Assembly (NCBI RefSeq): GCF_046463815.1
Contig: NZ_JBKBRO010000019.1
Span: forward strand, 8,356-72,355
Source of the DNA: Phenylobacterium sp.
GTDB taxonomy: Bacteria > Pseudomonadota > Alphaproteobacteria > Caulobacterales > Caulobacteraceae
Direction: 5' to 3'
Length of the DNA: 64,000 nt
Of this stretch, positions 37,080 to 45,482 are shown piece after piece. Below the pieces are notes generated by a model. That model had not been told where the DNA came from. It made no database searches and saw only the letters and a list, made by a program, of their open reading frames with translations. Every line of letters begins with the position of its first letter. Position 1 is the stretch's first letter. Made by a program: the position numbers and the translations under genes.

Positions 37080-37385
37080 TCAGTGCGTCCAGGGGATCCG
37101 GCGCCCGAAGGCGAAGTTGTCGGCGTAGGCCTTGATGATCCGCTTGGCCGGCTTGGGGTCGACGAGCTGGAAGGCGATGCCGTGGTGCTCGGCGTAGCGC
37201 ACGGCCTCTTCCTTGGTGTCGAAGTGCAGGCGGACCTGCCCTTCGGTGTCGGAGGTCTGAGTCCAACCCATCAGGGGATCCGGTCTGCGCGCGTCCTTCG
37301 GCTCGAACTCCAGGACCCATTCGTTGGTCTTGGCGCGGCCGGACTGCATGGCGGTCTTGGACGGGCGGAAGATGCGCGCGAGCAT
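37080..37385 (-). CDS. ETC complex I subunit conserved-region protein (NDUFS4-like)
   Basis: Trimmed to MLARIFRPSKTAMQSGRAKT...WVLEFEP...DPLMGWT, the NDUFS4/PF04800-type pattern. Confidence 0.85.
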   Translation of the reverse strand: MLARIFRPSKTAMQSGRAKTNEWVLEFEPKDARRPDPLMGWTQTSDTEGQVRLHFDTKEEAVRYAEHHGIAFQLVDPKPAKRIIKAYADNFAFGRRIPWTH

Positions 37386-37415
37386 GCTCTCGAATTCCTC
37401 TTTCGGCCCCAACGC

Positions 37416-37492
37416 TGGTCGGGGCGGCAGGATTTGAACCTGCGACCCTCTGCTCCCAAAGCAGATGCGCTACCAGGCTGCGCTACGCCCCG
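37416..37492 (-). tRNA. tRNA-Pro (anticodon UGG)
   Basis: The reverse complement reads CGGGGCG-TA-GCGC..GCGC-A-TCTGC-TTTGGGA-GCAGA-..-GCAGG-TTCAAAT-CCTGC-CGCCCCG-A-CCA. Confidence 0.9.
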
Positions 37493-37552
37493 GACGCGTC
37501 GGAGAGGCCTGCAATATGGGGGTTTCGGGATTTCCGCAAACGCTGCGAGGCC

Positions 37553-37978
37553 TCAGCGGCGCTTCGCCATCAGCTTGAATATGCCCGAGGCTCGCACGAC
37601 GTCGACGCCGCGGGCCCGGGCCACCCCTTCCACGAAAGCGACGTCCCTGGTCGCCCGGGTCATCCTGGCTTCGCCGACGATCCAGTCGCCCTCCCGGGCC
37701 ATGTGCAGGAAGTCGATGGAGAGGTGGATGGTGACGCCCACGAGGCCTGTCCCGCGACCCACGGCCTGGGCCAGCAGGCCATCCATGAACGCCGAGAGCA
37801 TGCCGCCGTGCACCAAGCCGATGCCGTTGGCGTGGCGCGGCAAGGCGTAGAACGCCTGCCCCACCGTGCCGTCCTCGCTGGCCGGGCGATGGAAATAGGG
37901 CCCGTTGTGGGTGGAGAACGGTCCCCTGACCTCCGAGCGGACGAAGCCCTCCGGCGGCTCCGGGATTTCGTCGGTCAT
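37553..37978 (-). CDS. PaaI-family (hotdog-fold) thioesterase
   Basis: 141-aa ORF; NGIGLVHGGMLSAFMD motif. Confidence 0.82.
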   Translation of the reverse strand: MTDEIPEPPEGFVRSEVRGPFSTHNGPYFHRPASEDGTVGQAFYALPRHANGIGLVHGGMLSAFMDGLLAQAVGRGTGLVGVTIHLSIDFLHMAREGDWIVGEARMTRATRDVAFVEGVARARGVDVVRASGIFKLMAKRR

Positions 37979-38478
37979 TTGGGGAAGGCCCGGTGGATGA
38001 TCCTGTCACCCGGCAGCAGGCCGATCTGGCCCGCACGGCCGGCGGGCAGTTCGAGCACGCCCAGGGCCGGACCGCTCGACGGCAGCGGGGATTCGTCCAG
38101 CGGCCGGGCGTTGCGCACGATCGAGACCACCTTCCCGTCCGCGCCGATGTAGACGATGTCGAGCGGGATCAGCGTGTTCCGCATCCAGAACGCCTGATAG
38201 TCCGCCTTGGGGAAAACAAAGAGCATGCCGCGGTCCGCCGCCAGGCTCTTTCGGCACATGAGGCCGTATTCCCGCTCCTGAGCGCTGTCGGCAACCTCCA
38301 CCTGGAAGCTGTGCACCCCCTTGTCGGTGACGACCTGCAGCGGCTGGAGCGGCTTCAGCTCGGGCTGGCCCTTGCAGGCGTCAGGCGACATCCGGGGGAT
38401 GGCTGCCGCCTGGCCGGCGAGCGCGAGGGCGACCCCCAGCGCGAGCAGGCCGCGCCGGCCAAAGAACTCTGGAAACAC
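37975..38478 (-). CDS. DUF192 domain-containing secreted protein
   Basis: 167-aa ORF with signal peptide. GLMCRKSL...GMLFVF...FWMRNTLIPLDIVYI is DUF192-like. Confidence 0.82.
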   Translation of the reverse strand: MFPEFFGRRGLLALGVALALAGQAAAIPRMSPDACKGQPELKPLQPLQVVTDKGVHSFQVEVADSAQEREYGLMCRKSLAADRGMLFVFPKADYQAFWMRNTLIPLDIVYIGADGKVVSIVRNARPLDESPLPSSGPALGVLELPAGRAGQIGLLPGDRIIHRAFPK

Positions 38479-38525
38479 GTGCGATAAGCTCCGGGTGGTT
38501 CGTCCGCCGACTATCGGGCCAATCG

Positions 38526-39110
38526 TCAGACGAGGCCAGACGCTTCGATCTCGGCGACGACGAGCCCCTTCGGCCCCTCGGCGAACCGCACCATGACATT
38601 CTCACCCGGCTGGAGGTCCTCCATGCCGGAACGGCGCAGGGTCTCGATGTGGACAAAGATGTCGCCCGGCTCGCTGTCGCGGATCACGAAGCCGTAGCCC
38701 TTGGCGCGGTTGAACCACTTCACCTTGGCCTGCTCCAGGGGACCCGTGGCTTCCAGGGCGCGGCGCGGCGGGCGCGAGGCGGCGACCCCGCTCTCCCGTC
38801 GGGCGTGGCCGTCGACGCGCGGCCGCTCGGCGGGCGTGGCCGTGCTCTCATCCAGCTCCACCACCTCGGCTACCTGCCAGCCCTTGGGCCGGCGGACGAC
38901 GTCGCAGGTGATGACGGAGCCTTCCAGGCAGTGCTCGCGGCCGGAATTGCGCAGGCTGGTGACGTGCAGAAGCACGTCCTTCAGGTCGGTCTGGGACGGG
39001 TCGTCGGGAACGATGAAACCGTAGCCCTTGCCCGCGTCGAACCACTTGACCCGGCCGCTGATGCGCACGGGCGGCGGCGCCTCAACCTGCTCGAATTCGA
39101 AACCAGCCAT
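38526..39110 (-). CDS. cold-shock protein with two tandem cold-shock domains
   Basis: 194-aa ORF with two copies of the CSD core ([16 protein letters not shown] and [16 protein letters not shown]). Confidence 0.9.
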   Translation of the reverse strand: MAGFEFEQVEAPPPVRISGRVKWFDAGKGYGFIVPDDPSQTDLKDVLLHVTSLRNSGREHCLEGSVITCDVVRRPKGWQVAEVVELDESTATPAERPRVDGHARRESGVAASRPPRRALEATGPLEQAKVKWFNRAKGYGFVIRDSEPGDIFVHIETLRRSGMEDLQPGENVMVRFAEGPKGLVVAEIEASGLV

Positions 39111-39254
39111 TCGCCCCTCGGCCCACTACCCCCCGAAACATTCGGCTCAGGCCAACTATAACACTGTTCTTGTAACTTGAGCGGCGTCAATGGGGAATCG
39201 CGCGCGCAACCTGGGCGGGCGTCGAGCGTGCGAACTGTCGGGGGGGGGATCGCG

Positions 39255-39329
39255 TGGCAGTCCCTAGGGGAGTCGAACCCCTCTCTCCAGGTTGAAAACC
39301 TGGCGTCCTAACCGATAGACGAAGGGACC
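39255..39329 (-). tRNA. tRNA-Glu (anticodon UUC)
   Basis: The reverse complement reads GGTCCCT-TC-GTCT..GGAC-G-CCAGG-TTTTCAA-CCTGG-AGAG-AGGGG-TTCGACT-CCCCT-AGGGACT-G-CCA. G1.U72 is a wobble pair. Confidence 0.85.
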
Positions 39330-39382
39330 GCGTGCGCGAGAGGCGGCTCTATATCCGCCCTCCCCCACCCACGCAAGAGGCC

Positions 39383-41248
39383 CTATTCCGAAATTCTGCG
39401 CGGATCGGCGACGTCCTCGATTTCGAGCTCGACGCCCTCCCGGCCCTGCCAGTCGTCGGGCTTCAGGCGGCCTGCCACATGCACCGCGCCGCCCTCCTGC
39501 AGGAGCCTGCGGCCGGCGTCCGTCTCGGCCATCCGCCACGCCACGGCCTTGAGCTTCCCGCCGGACGAATCGGCCAATGTGCAGCGCACGTGGCCCCCCT
39601 TCAGCGCCACCGGCCGCTCGATGCGGACGTCGGCCGCGGCGAAGGTCGGCTCGGGGTTGCCGGGACCGAACGGCGCGAGTCGCTGGAACTCGGCCCAGAG
39701 GGTGCGATCGCAGCCGCGCGCGGTGACCAGGGCGTCGATCTCCAGGGCGTCCTCGGCGGCGGCCTGGGCTTGCTCTCCGGCCAGCCGCTCGCACAGGAAG
39801 GCGCGCAGCTCGGGAATGGCGTCCGGCCGCACCGACAGGCCCGCCGCCATGGCGTGCCCGCCCCCGGCCAGCAGCAGCCCTTCCTCGAAAGCCGCCTGGA
39901 CGGCCGCGCCCAGGTTCACGCCCGGCTGGGACCGGCCCGAGCCCTTGCCGACATTGGCGGCGCGGTCCACGCCGATGACGATGCAGGGCTTGCGGTAGCG
40001 TTCGCGCAGGCGGCCGGCGACGATGCCGATGACCCCAGGATGCCAGTCGTCCTCGGCGACGATCAGGCAGGGCGCGTCGGCGGCGTTGCTCCGCTCGATG
40101 CTGGCCACGGCGGCCTCCAGCACCTCGCGCTCCACCTCCTTGCGCGACGCGTTCAGCCCGTCGAGCTCGGCGGCCAGCGCGGCGGCTTCCTCGGGATCGT
40201 CCGTGGAAAGGAGCCTGGCCCCCAGGTCCGAGCGCCCGATCCGCCCGCCGGCGTTGATCCGGGGGCCCAGCAGGAAGCCCACGTGGAAGGTCGAGGCGGC
40301 CCCTTGCGCCTTGGCCACCTGCATAAGGGCGGCGAGGCCGGGGTTCTTCCAGCCGGACATCACCTTCAGCCCTTGGGCCGTCAGCGCGCGGTTGAAGCCC
40401 GTGAGCCGCGTCACGTCGCAGATGGCGCCCATGGCCGCCAGATCGAGCCAGGCGCGAAGGTCGGGTTCGCTCGCGCCCATGGATTTCAGGCCCCGTCTCC
40501 GGGCCTCGCGGTTCAGGGCGGCCAGCAGGACGAAGGTGACCCCCGCCGCCGCCAGGTGGCCCTGGCCCGAGACGCAGTCGGGGCGGTTCGGATTCACCAG
40601 GGCTGCGACCTCCGGGATCTCGCCCGGCCGCATCAGGTGATGGTCGATGACCACCACGGGAAGGTCGATTTCCGCCGCGCAGGCGAGCGCGTCGTGCGCC
40701 GCGGCCCCGCAGTCCACCGTGACCACCAGCTCGGCCCCCTCGTCCTTCAGGCGGCGGAAAGCCGCCGGCGACGGGCCATAGCCCTCGGTGATCCGGTCGG
40801 GGACGTAGATGGCGATCTCCAGGCCCATGGCCCGGAACCAGCGCACCAGCAGGGCCGCCGATGACGCGCCATCCACGTCGTAGTCGGCGAACACGACCAC
40901 GCGCCGGCGCCGCTCCAGCGCGTCCACGAGGATCTCGGCGGCCCGATCCATGTCCGAGAAGCACGATGGATCAGGGAACAGCGCCTTGAGGGTTGGATTG
41001 AGGTAGGTTTCCCCCTCCCCCTCGCCCACGCCGCGCGAGGCCAGAGCCCGGGCCAGGGGCTCGGAGAGGCCGAGGGAGAGCTGGTGGCGGCGCACGATGT
41101 CGGCGTCGGCGGGCCGGGCGCGCCATTGGCGGCCGCTCAGCGAGCGGCTGACCCCGAGATAGGCCGAGTAACCGCTGCCTTCCGCCATGCTGCGCTTCGC
41201 CCCTCCGCTTCCGGGCAGAGTATCGGGCGGCGCTTCCTGAGTCGCCAC
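39383..41248 (-). CDS. recJ: single-stranded-DNA-specific exonuclease RecJ
   Basis: 621-aa ORF with DHH (VFADYDVDGASS, VTVDCG, VVIDHH) and DHHA1 motifs. The true start may be the ATG at 41188. Confidence 0.93.
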   Translation of the reverse strand: MATQEAPPDTLPGSGGAKRSMAEGSGYSAYLGVSRSLSGRQWRARPADADIVRRHQLSLGLSEPLARALASRGVGEGEGETYLNPTLKALFPDPSCFSDMDRAAEILVDALERRRRVVVFADYDVDGASSAALLVRWFRAMGLEIAIYVPDRITEGYGPSPAAFRRLKDEGAELVVTVDCGAAAHDALACAAEIDLPVVVIDHHLMRPGEIPEVAALVNPNRPDCVSGQGHLAAAGVTFVLLAALNREARRRGLKSMGASEPDLRAWLDLAAMGAICDVTRLTGFNRALTAQGLKVMSGWKNPGLAALMQVAKAQGAASTFHVGFLLGPRINAGGRIGRSDLGARLLSTDDPEEAAALAAELDGLNASRKEVEREVLEAAVASIERSNAADAPCLIVAEDDWHPGVIGIVAGRLRERYRKPCIVIGVDRAANVGKGSGRSQPGVNLGAAVQAAFEEGLLLAGGGHAMAAGLSVRPDAIPELRAFLCERLAGEQAQAAAEDALEIDALVTARGCDRTLWAEFQRLAPFGPGNPEPTFAAADVRIERPVALKGGHVRCTLADSSGGKLKAVAWRMAETDAGRRLLQEGGAVHVAGRLKPDDWQGREGVELEIEDVADPRRISE

Positions 41249-41297
41249 CCGTCCGAGGCCGCAGCTACCTCCCGGCTACGTCAGGAGCGGACGCCGG

Positions 41298-42251
41298 TCA
41301 GGCGGGACGCTTCATCCGCAGTTCGCGCACCGTCTGGGAGGCGCTGTCCATGACGATGGTGTGGGTGTGGACGAAGCCGCCCTGGAACCGCACGCCATCC
41401 AGCAGCGCGCCCTTGGTCACGCCCGTGGCCGCGAAGATCGCGTCGGCGCGGACCATCTCGTGCAGGTCGTACTTCTTGTCGAGGTCGGTGATCCCCACCC
41501 GCGCGGCGCGGGCCCGCTCGTCGGCGTTGCGGAACACCAGCCGGCCCTGGAACTGGCCGCCCACGCACTTCAGCGCCGCGCAGGCCAGCACGCCTTCAGG
41601 CGCGCCGCCCTGGCCCAGGTAGAGGTCGATGCCGGTGTCGGGATCGGCGGTGTTCATCACGCCGGCCACGTCGCCGTCGGTGATCAGGTGGATGCGCGCG
41701 CCCACCTCGCGGCACGAGGCGATGATCTCGGCGTGGCGGGGTCGGTCCAGCACGCAGACGGTGATCTCCTCCGCGCTCACCCCCTTGGCCTTCGCCAGCG
41801 CCTTGACGTTGTCGGCGGGCGAGGCGTCCAGGTCGATGACGCCCGCCGGGTAGCCCGGACCGCAGGCGATCTTGTCCATGTAGGTGTCGGGGGCATTCAG
41901 CAGCGTCCCCTTCGGCGCCCAGGCCATCACGGCGAGCGCGTTGGCCATGGCCTTGGCGGTGAGCGTGGTGCCTTCCAGAGGATCGAGGGCGATGTCGATC
42001 TTCGCCTTGCCGCCCCGGCCAACCTTCTCGCCGATGTAGAGCATCGGCGCCTCGTCGCGCTCGCCCTCGCCGATGACGATCTCGCCCTCGATCTCAAGGT
42101 CGTTCAGCGCCGTGCGCATGGCGTCCACGGCCGCCTGGTCGGCGGCCTTCTCGTCGCCGCGGCCGGCGAGCTTCCAGGCGGCGATCGCGGCGATCTCGGT
42201 CACCCGCGCCGCATCCAGCACCAGACCGCGATCCAGACCTTGCGAACTCAT
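41298..42251 (-). CDS. glpX: class II fructose-1,6-bisphosphatase
   Basis: 317-aa ORF with GlpX family sequence (IGEGERDEAPMLYIGE...DPLEGT). Confidence 0.93.
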   Translation of the reverse strand: MSSQGLDRGLVLDAARVTEIAAIAAWKLAGRGDEKAADQAAVDAMRTALNDLEIEGEIVIGEGERDEAPMLYIGEKVGRGGKAKIDIALDPLEGTTLTAKAMANALAVMAWAPKGTLLNAPDTYMDKIACGPGYPAGVIDLDASPADNVKALAKAKGVSAEEITVCVLDRPRHAEIIASCREVGARIHLITDGDVAGVMNTADPDTGIDLYLGQGGAPEGVLACAALKCVGGQFQGRLVFRNADERARAARVGITDLDKKYDLHEMVRADAIFAATGVTKGALLDGVRFQGGFVHTHTIVMDSASQTVRELRMKRPA

Positions 42252-42314
42252 CTCTTCAGCGTCTCCCGCCCATTTTGGCGGCGCCTCCAGCCAGAGGCGC
42301 GGCCATCGTCAATG

Positions 42315-43616
42315 TCAGATGCGCGCGATACGCAACATCCTGGGTTTGTCCAGCACGGCCGAAAGCCCGGCGATGCGCTCGATGGCGGCGTTCAGCACCG
42401 ATTCCGCCACGGCGTGGGTTGTCAGAACGATCGGAACGCCGCTCGCGTTCTCGACCGGCTTCTGCAGGAAGCTCTCGATCGACACGCCCGCCTCGGCCAG
42501 GGTCTCCGACACCGCCGCGATGACGCCCGGCTCGTCCTTCACCAGGAAGCGCAGGTAGGCGCGGCTCAGGCTGCGCGACGGTTCCACCGGCTCGAAGGGC
42601 GCCAGCGTCTGGGCCGGCGCCTGGAACACGGGCCGCACCGCCCCCGTCATCACGTCGGCGATGTCGGCGGCGACGGCCGCCGCGGTCGGACCGGCGCCCG
42701 CGCCTGGGCCCTGCACGAAGATTCGCCCAACGCGGGTCCCCTCGATGAAGAGCGCGTTCAGCGCCCCGCCGGCCTGGGCCAGCGGATGGTTCAGCGGGGC
42801 CAGCGACGGGTGCACGCGGACCAGGACGCCGTCCTCGGAGCGGTCGGCCGAGGCCACCAGCTTGATCCGGTAGCCCAGGTCCTTGGCGAGCTGGATGTCC
42901 AGGAGCTCGATCTGATCGATGCCCTCGACCTCGGCGGCCGCGTAGTTCGGCGCGCAGCCGAAGGCGAGCGCGGCCAGGATGGTGATCTTGTGGGCGGCGT
43001 CGAAGCCGCCGACGTCCATGGTGGGATCGGCCTCGGCGTAGCCCAGGCGCTGGGCCTCGGCCAACACCTCCTCGAACGAGCGGCCCGTGGCCTCCATCTC
43101 GGTCAGGATGTAGTTGCAGGTGCCGTTGAGGATGCCGGCCACCGACTTGATGTCGTCGCCGACCAGGGCCTCGCGGACCATCTTCACCGCCGGCGTGCCG
43201 CCCATGACGGCGGCCTCGAACAGCAGCGGCGCGCCCTTGGACTCGGCCAGGGCCGCGAGTTCCGCGCCGTGCTCGGCGATCAGCGCCTTGTTGGCGGTGA
43301 CGACCGGCTTGCCGGCGGCCAGCGCCGCCTCGACCGCCGCTTTGGCGGGGCCGTCCGAGCCGCCGATCAGCTCGACGAAAAGGTCCGTCTCGGGACTCTG
43401 GGCCAGCGCCACCGGATCGTCGAACCAGGGCAGGTTCGAGATGTCGAACGGCCGGGGCCGGGAGCGCGAGCGCGCCGAGACGCCGCTCACCACGGCCCGC
43501 CCGCCGGCCGGCGCGAAGCCCGGGCGCTCCGAAAGGAAGTTCAGCAGGCCCGCGCCGACGGTGCCGAGGCCCGCGACGCCGATCTTCCAGGTCTTGCCCG
43601 TCACCTGGCCGGTCAT
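42315..43616 (-). CDS. hom: homoserine dehydrogenase
   Basis: 433-aa ORF with N-terminal NAD-binding GLGTVG and C-terminal ACT domain. ATGA overlap with the upstream aminotransferase. Confidence 0.93.
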   Translation of the reverse strand: MTGQVTGKTWKIGVAGLGTVGAGLLNFLSERPGFAPAGGRAVVSGVSARSRSRPRPFDISNLPWFDDPVALAQSPETDLFVELIGGSDGPAKAAVEAALAAGKPVVTANKALIAEHGAELAALAESKGAPLLFEAAVMGGTPAVKMVREALVGDDIKSVAGILNGTCNYILTEMEATGRSFEEVLAEAQRLGYAEADPTMDVGGFDAAHKITILAALAFGCAPNYAAAEVEGIDQIELLDIQLAKDLGYRIKLVASADRSEDGVLVRVHPSLAPLNHPLAQAGGALNALFIEGTRVGRIFVQGPGAGAGPTAAAVAADIADVMTGAVRPVFQAPAQTLAPFEPVEPSRSLSRAYLRFLVKDEPGVIAAVSETLAEAGVSIESFLQKPVENASGVPIVLTTHAVAESVLNAAIERIAGLSAVLDKPRMLRIARI

Positions 43617-44833
43617 TGGGCGGCCATCGTGTTGTGGTGCCGGGCCAGGATCTCGTCGGCGTTGGTCAGGAACTTCTTCACGTTGCGGGCCGCCTGGCGG
43701 ATGCGCTGTTCGTTCTCGACCAGGCCGATGCGCACGTAGCCCTCGCCGTACTCGCCGAAGGCCATGCCCGGCGCGACCGCGACGCCCGCTTCCTCGACCA
43801 GGAGCTTGGAGAACAGCATGGAGCCGGCTTCCTTATATTGCTCCGGCAGCGGCGCCCAGGCGAACATCGAGGCCGGCGGCGCGGGGATGTCCCAGCCGGC
43901 CCGGCGCATGGAGTCGATCAGCGTGTCCCGGCGGCTTTTGTAGATCGCCCGGATCTCGTCGACGCAGTCCTGCGGCCCGTTCAGCGCGGCGGCGGCCGCC
44001 ACCTGGATCGGCATGTAGGCGCCGTAGTCGAGGTAGGACTTCACCCGCGCGAGCGCCGCGCACATGCGCTCGTTGCCGACCACCATGCCGACCCGCCAGC
44101 CGGCCATGGCGTAGGTCTTGGACAGCGAATTGACCTCGACGGCGATGTCCTTGGCCCCGTCCACCTGCAGGATCGACGGCGGCGGGTTGTCGTCGAAGTA
44201 GATCTCGGAATAGGCGATGTCCGAAAGCACGAGCATGTCGTGCTTCTTCGCCAGCGCCACGACCTCCTTGTAGAAGTCGAGGTCGACCCACTGGGCTGTC
44301 GGGTTCGACGGATAGCTGACGATCAGCACGCTGGGTGGCGGCGCCGAGTGCTTCACCGCCCGGCTGATGCCCGACAGGTATTCCTCGGGGGACGGCGCCG
44401 GCACATGGCGGATGACGCCGCCGGCCATGATGAAGCCGTAGGCGTGGATCGGATAGGCCGGGTTCGGGCAGACGATAACGTCGCCCGGGGCGGTCAGCGC
44501 CTGGGCGAGGTTGGCGAAGCCTTCCTTAGACCCCAGCGTGGCGATCACCTCGGTGTCGGGGTTCAGCTTCACGCCGAAGCGGCGGCCGTAGTAGTTGGCC
44601 ATGGCCTTGCGCAGGCCGGGGATGCCCTTGGAGGCGGAGTAACGGCCCGCCTTCGGGTCGCGGGCCGTCTCGATCAGCTTGTCGACGATGTGCTTGGGAG
44701 TCGGCATGTCGGGGTTGCCCATGCCGAAGTCGATGATGTCGACGCCCTGCCCGCGCAGGCGGGCCTTGATGCGGTTCACTTCCTCGAAGACGTAGGGAGG
44801 AAGGCGTCGGATGCGATGGAACTCGGGAGTCAT
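43613..44833 (-). CDS. class I/II PLP-dependent aminotransferase (AlaC / LL-DAP-aminotransferase-like)
   Basis: Trimmed to MTPEFHRIRRLPPYVFEEVN. NSLSKTYAMAGWRVG PLP-lysine motif. Confidence 0.88.
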   Translation of the reverse strand: MTPEFHRIRRLPPYVFEEVNRIKARLRGQGVDIIDFGMGNPDMPTPKHIVDKLIETARDPKAGRYSASKGIPGLRKAMANYYGRRFGVKLNPDTEVIATLGSKEGFANLAQALTAPGDVIVCPNPAYPIHAYGFIMAGGVIRHVPAPSPEEYLSGISRAVKHSAPPPSVLIVSYPSNPTAQWVDLDFYKEVVALAKKHDMLVLSDIAYSEIYFDDNPPPSILQVDGAKDIAVEVNSLSKTYAMAGWRVGMVVGNERMCAALARVKSYLDYGAYMPIQVAAAAALNGPQDCVDEIRAIYKSRRDTLIDSMRRAGWDIPAPPASMFAWAPLPEQYKEAGSMLFSKLLVEEAGVAVAPGMAFGEYGEGYVRIGLVENEQRIRQAARNVKKFLTNADEILARHHNTMAAQ

Positions 44834-44960
44834 CTGGAAGCTCTTGCGCCGCGAACTGCCCGGTGCGGCCGGATGGTGAGCTGAGGAACGGGCATCGATA
44901 GACTCCGGGCCGGAGTCCGCCAAGCCGGGTTGCGGGAATTTTGCGCCTCCGCGCACGCGT

Positions 44961-45404
44961 TCAGCGCGGCGGAGGCGGGGTAGCTCGTTCCCGGAGTTCG
45001 CGCGCGAAGGCTTCCGCCTCGCCCGGCTGTGGCGGCTGGATGTCGGGGCCCGAATCCCGCCGCGCCTTGGCGGCGAAGGCCTCGGTGTTCTCAAGGGTCC
45101 ATGTCTCGGGGCCGGTCTCGCGCACCAGCTTGTCCCCGGCCAGCTTGATGGCGTCGGCCTCGCGGCCATAGGCCGCAACCGGGCGCAGATCCTGCGGCGA
45201 CTTCGGGATGTCGCGGAAGCTGGGGTAGTCGCGGTTGGCGCGGGTCAGGCGGGCGACGTCCGCGGCCACCGGCGAGGCCGGGTCCACCTTGGCGTCGACC
45301 AGTGGATTGCCGATGCAGCCGGACAGCAGAGCGCCCGCGCCGCAGGCCGCGATGAGCCGGACGGCGCTGCGGACGTTCGGAAAAAGCGGACGCGGCGCAT
45401 TCAT
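44961..45404 (-). CDS. hypothetical lipoprotein (147 aa)
   Basis: This is the C-terminal part of the spurious 900-aa ORF. ATG at 45404; lipobox ALLSGC. No family recognised. Confidence 0.55.
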   Translation of the reverse strand: MNAPRPLFPNVRSAVRLIAACGAGALLSGCIGNPLVDAKVDPASPVAADVARLTRANRDYPSFRDIPKSPQDLRPVAAYGREADAIKLAGDKLVRETGPETWTLENTEAFAAKARRDSGPDIQPPQPGEAEAFARELRERATPPPPR

Positions 45405-45482
45405 ATTGTCCACGCTCTTATGCGATGATCGCCAAAGGCGGAAGAGCGTGAGAAGTCTTTCGTCCACGGGAGGACCGCTTCG

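Noticed and set aside
39111-39254. A promoter call for the cold-shock gene: TTGACG and a TATAGT-like hexamer on the minus strand.
   Set aside because: The two hexamers are about 24 nt apart, too far for a sigma-70-type promoter. It cannot be supported without TSS data.
41361-43739. A 792-aa plus-strand ORF antisense to glpX and hom. Similar cases are 894-2363, 33091-34977, 55731-56738 and 59461-61566.
   Set aside because: Each is antisense or off-frame to a gene with clear family motifs. None has a recognisable domain of its own.
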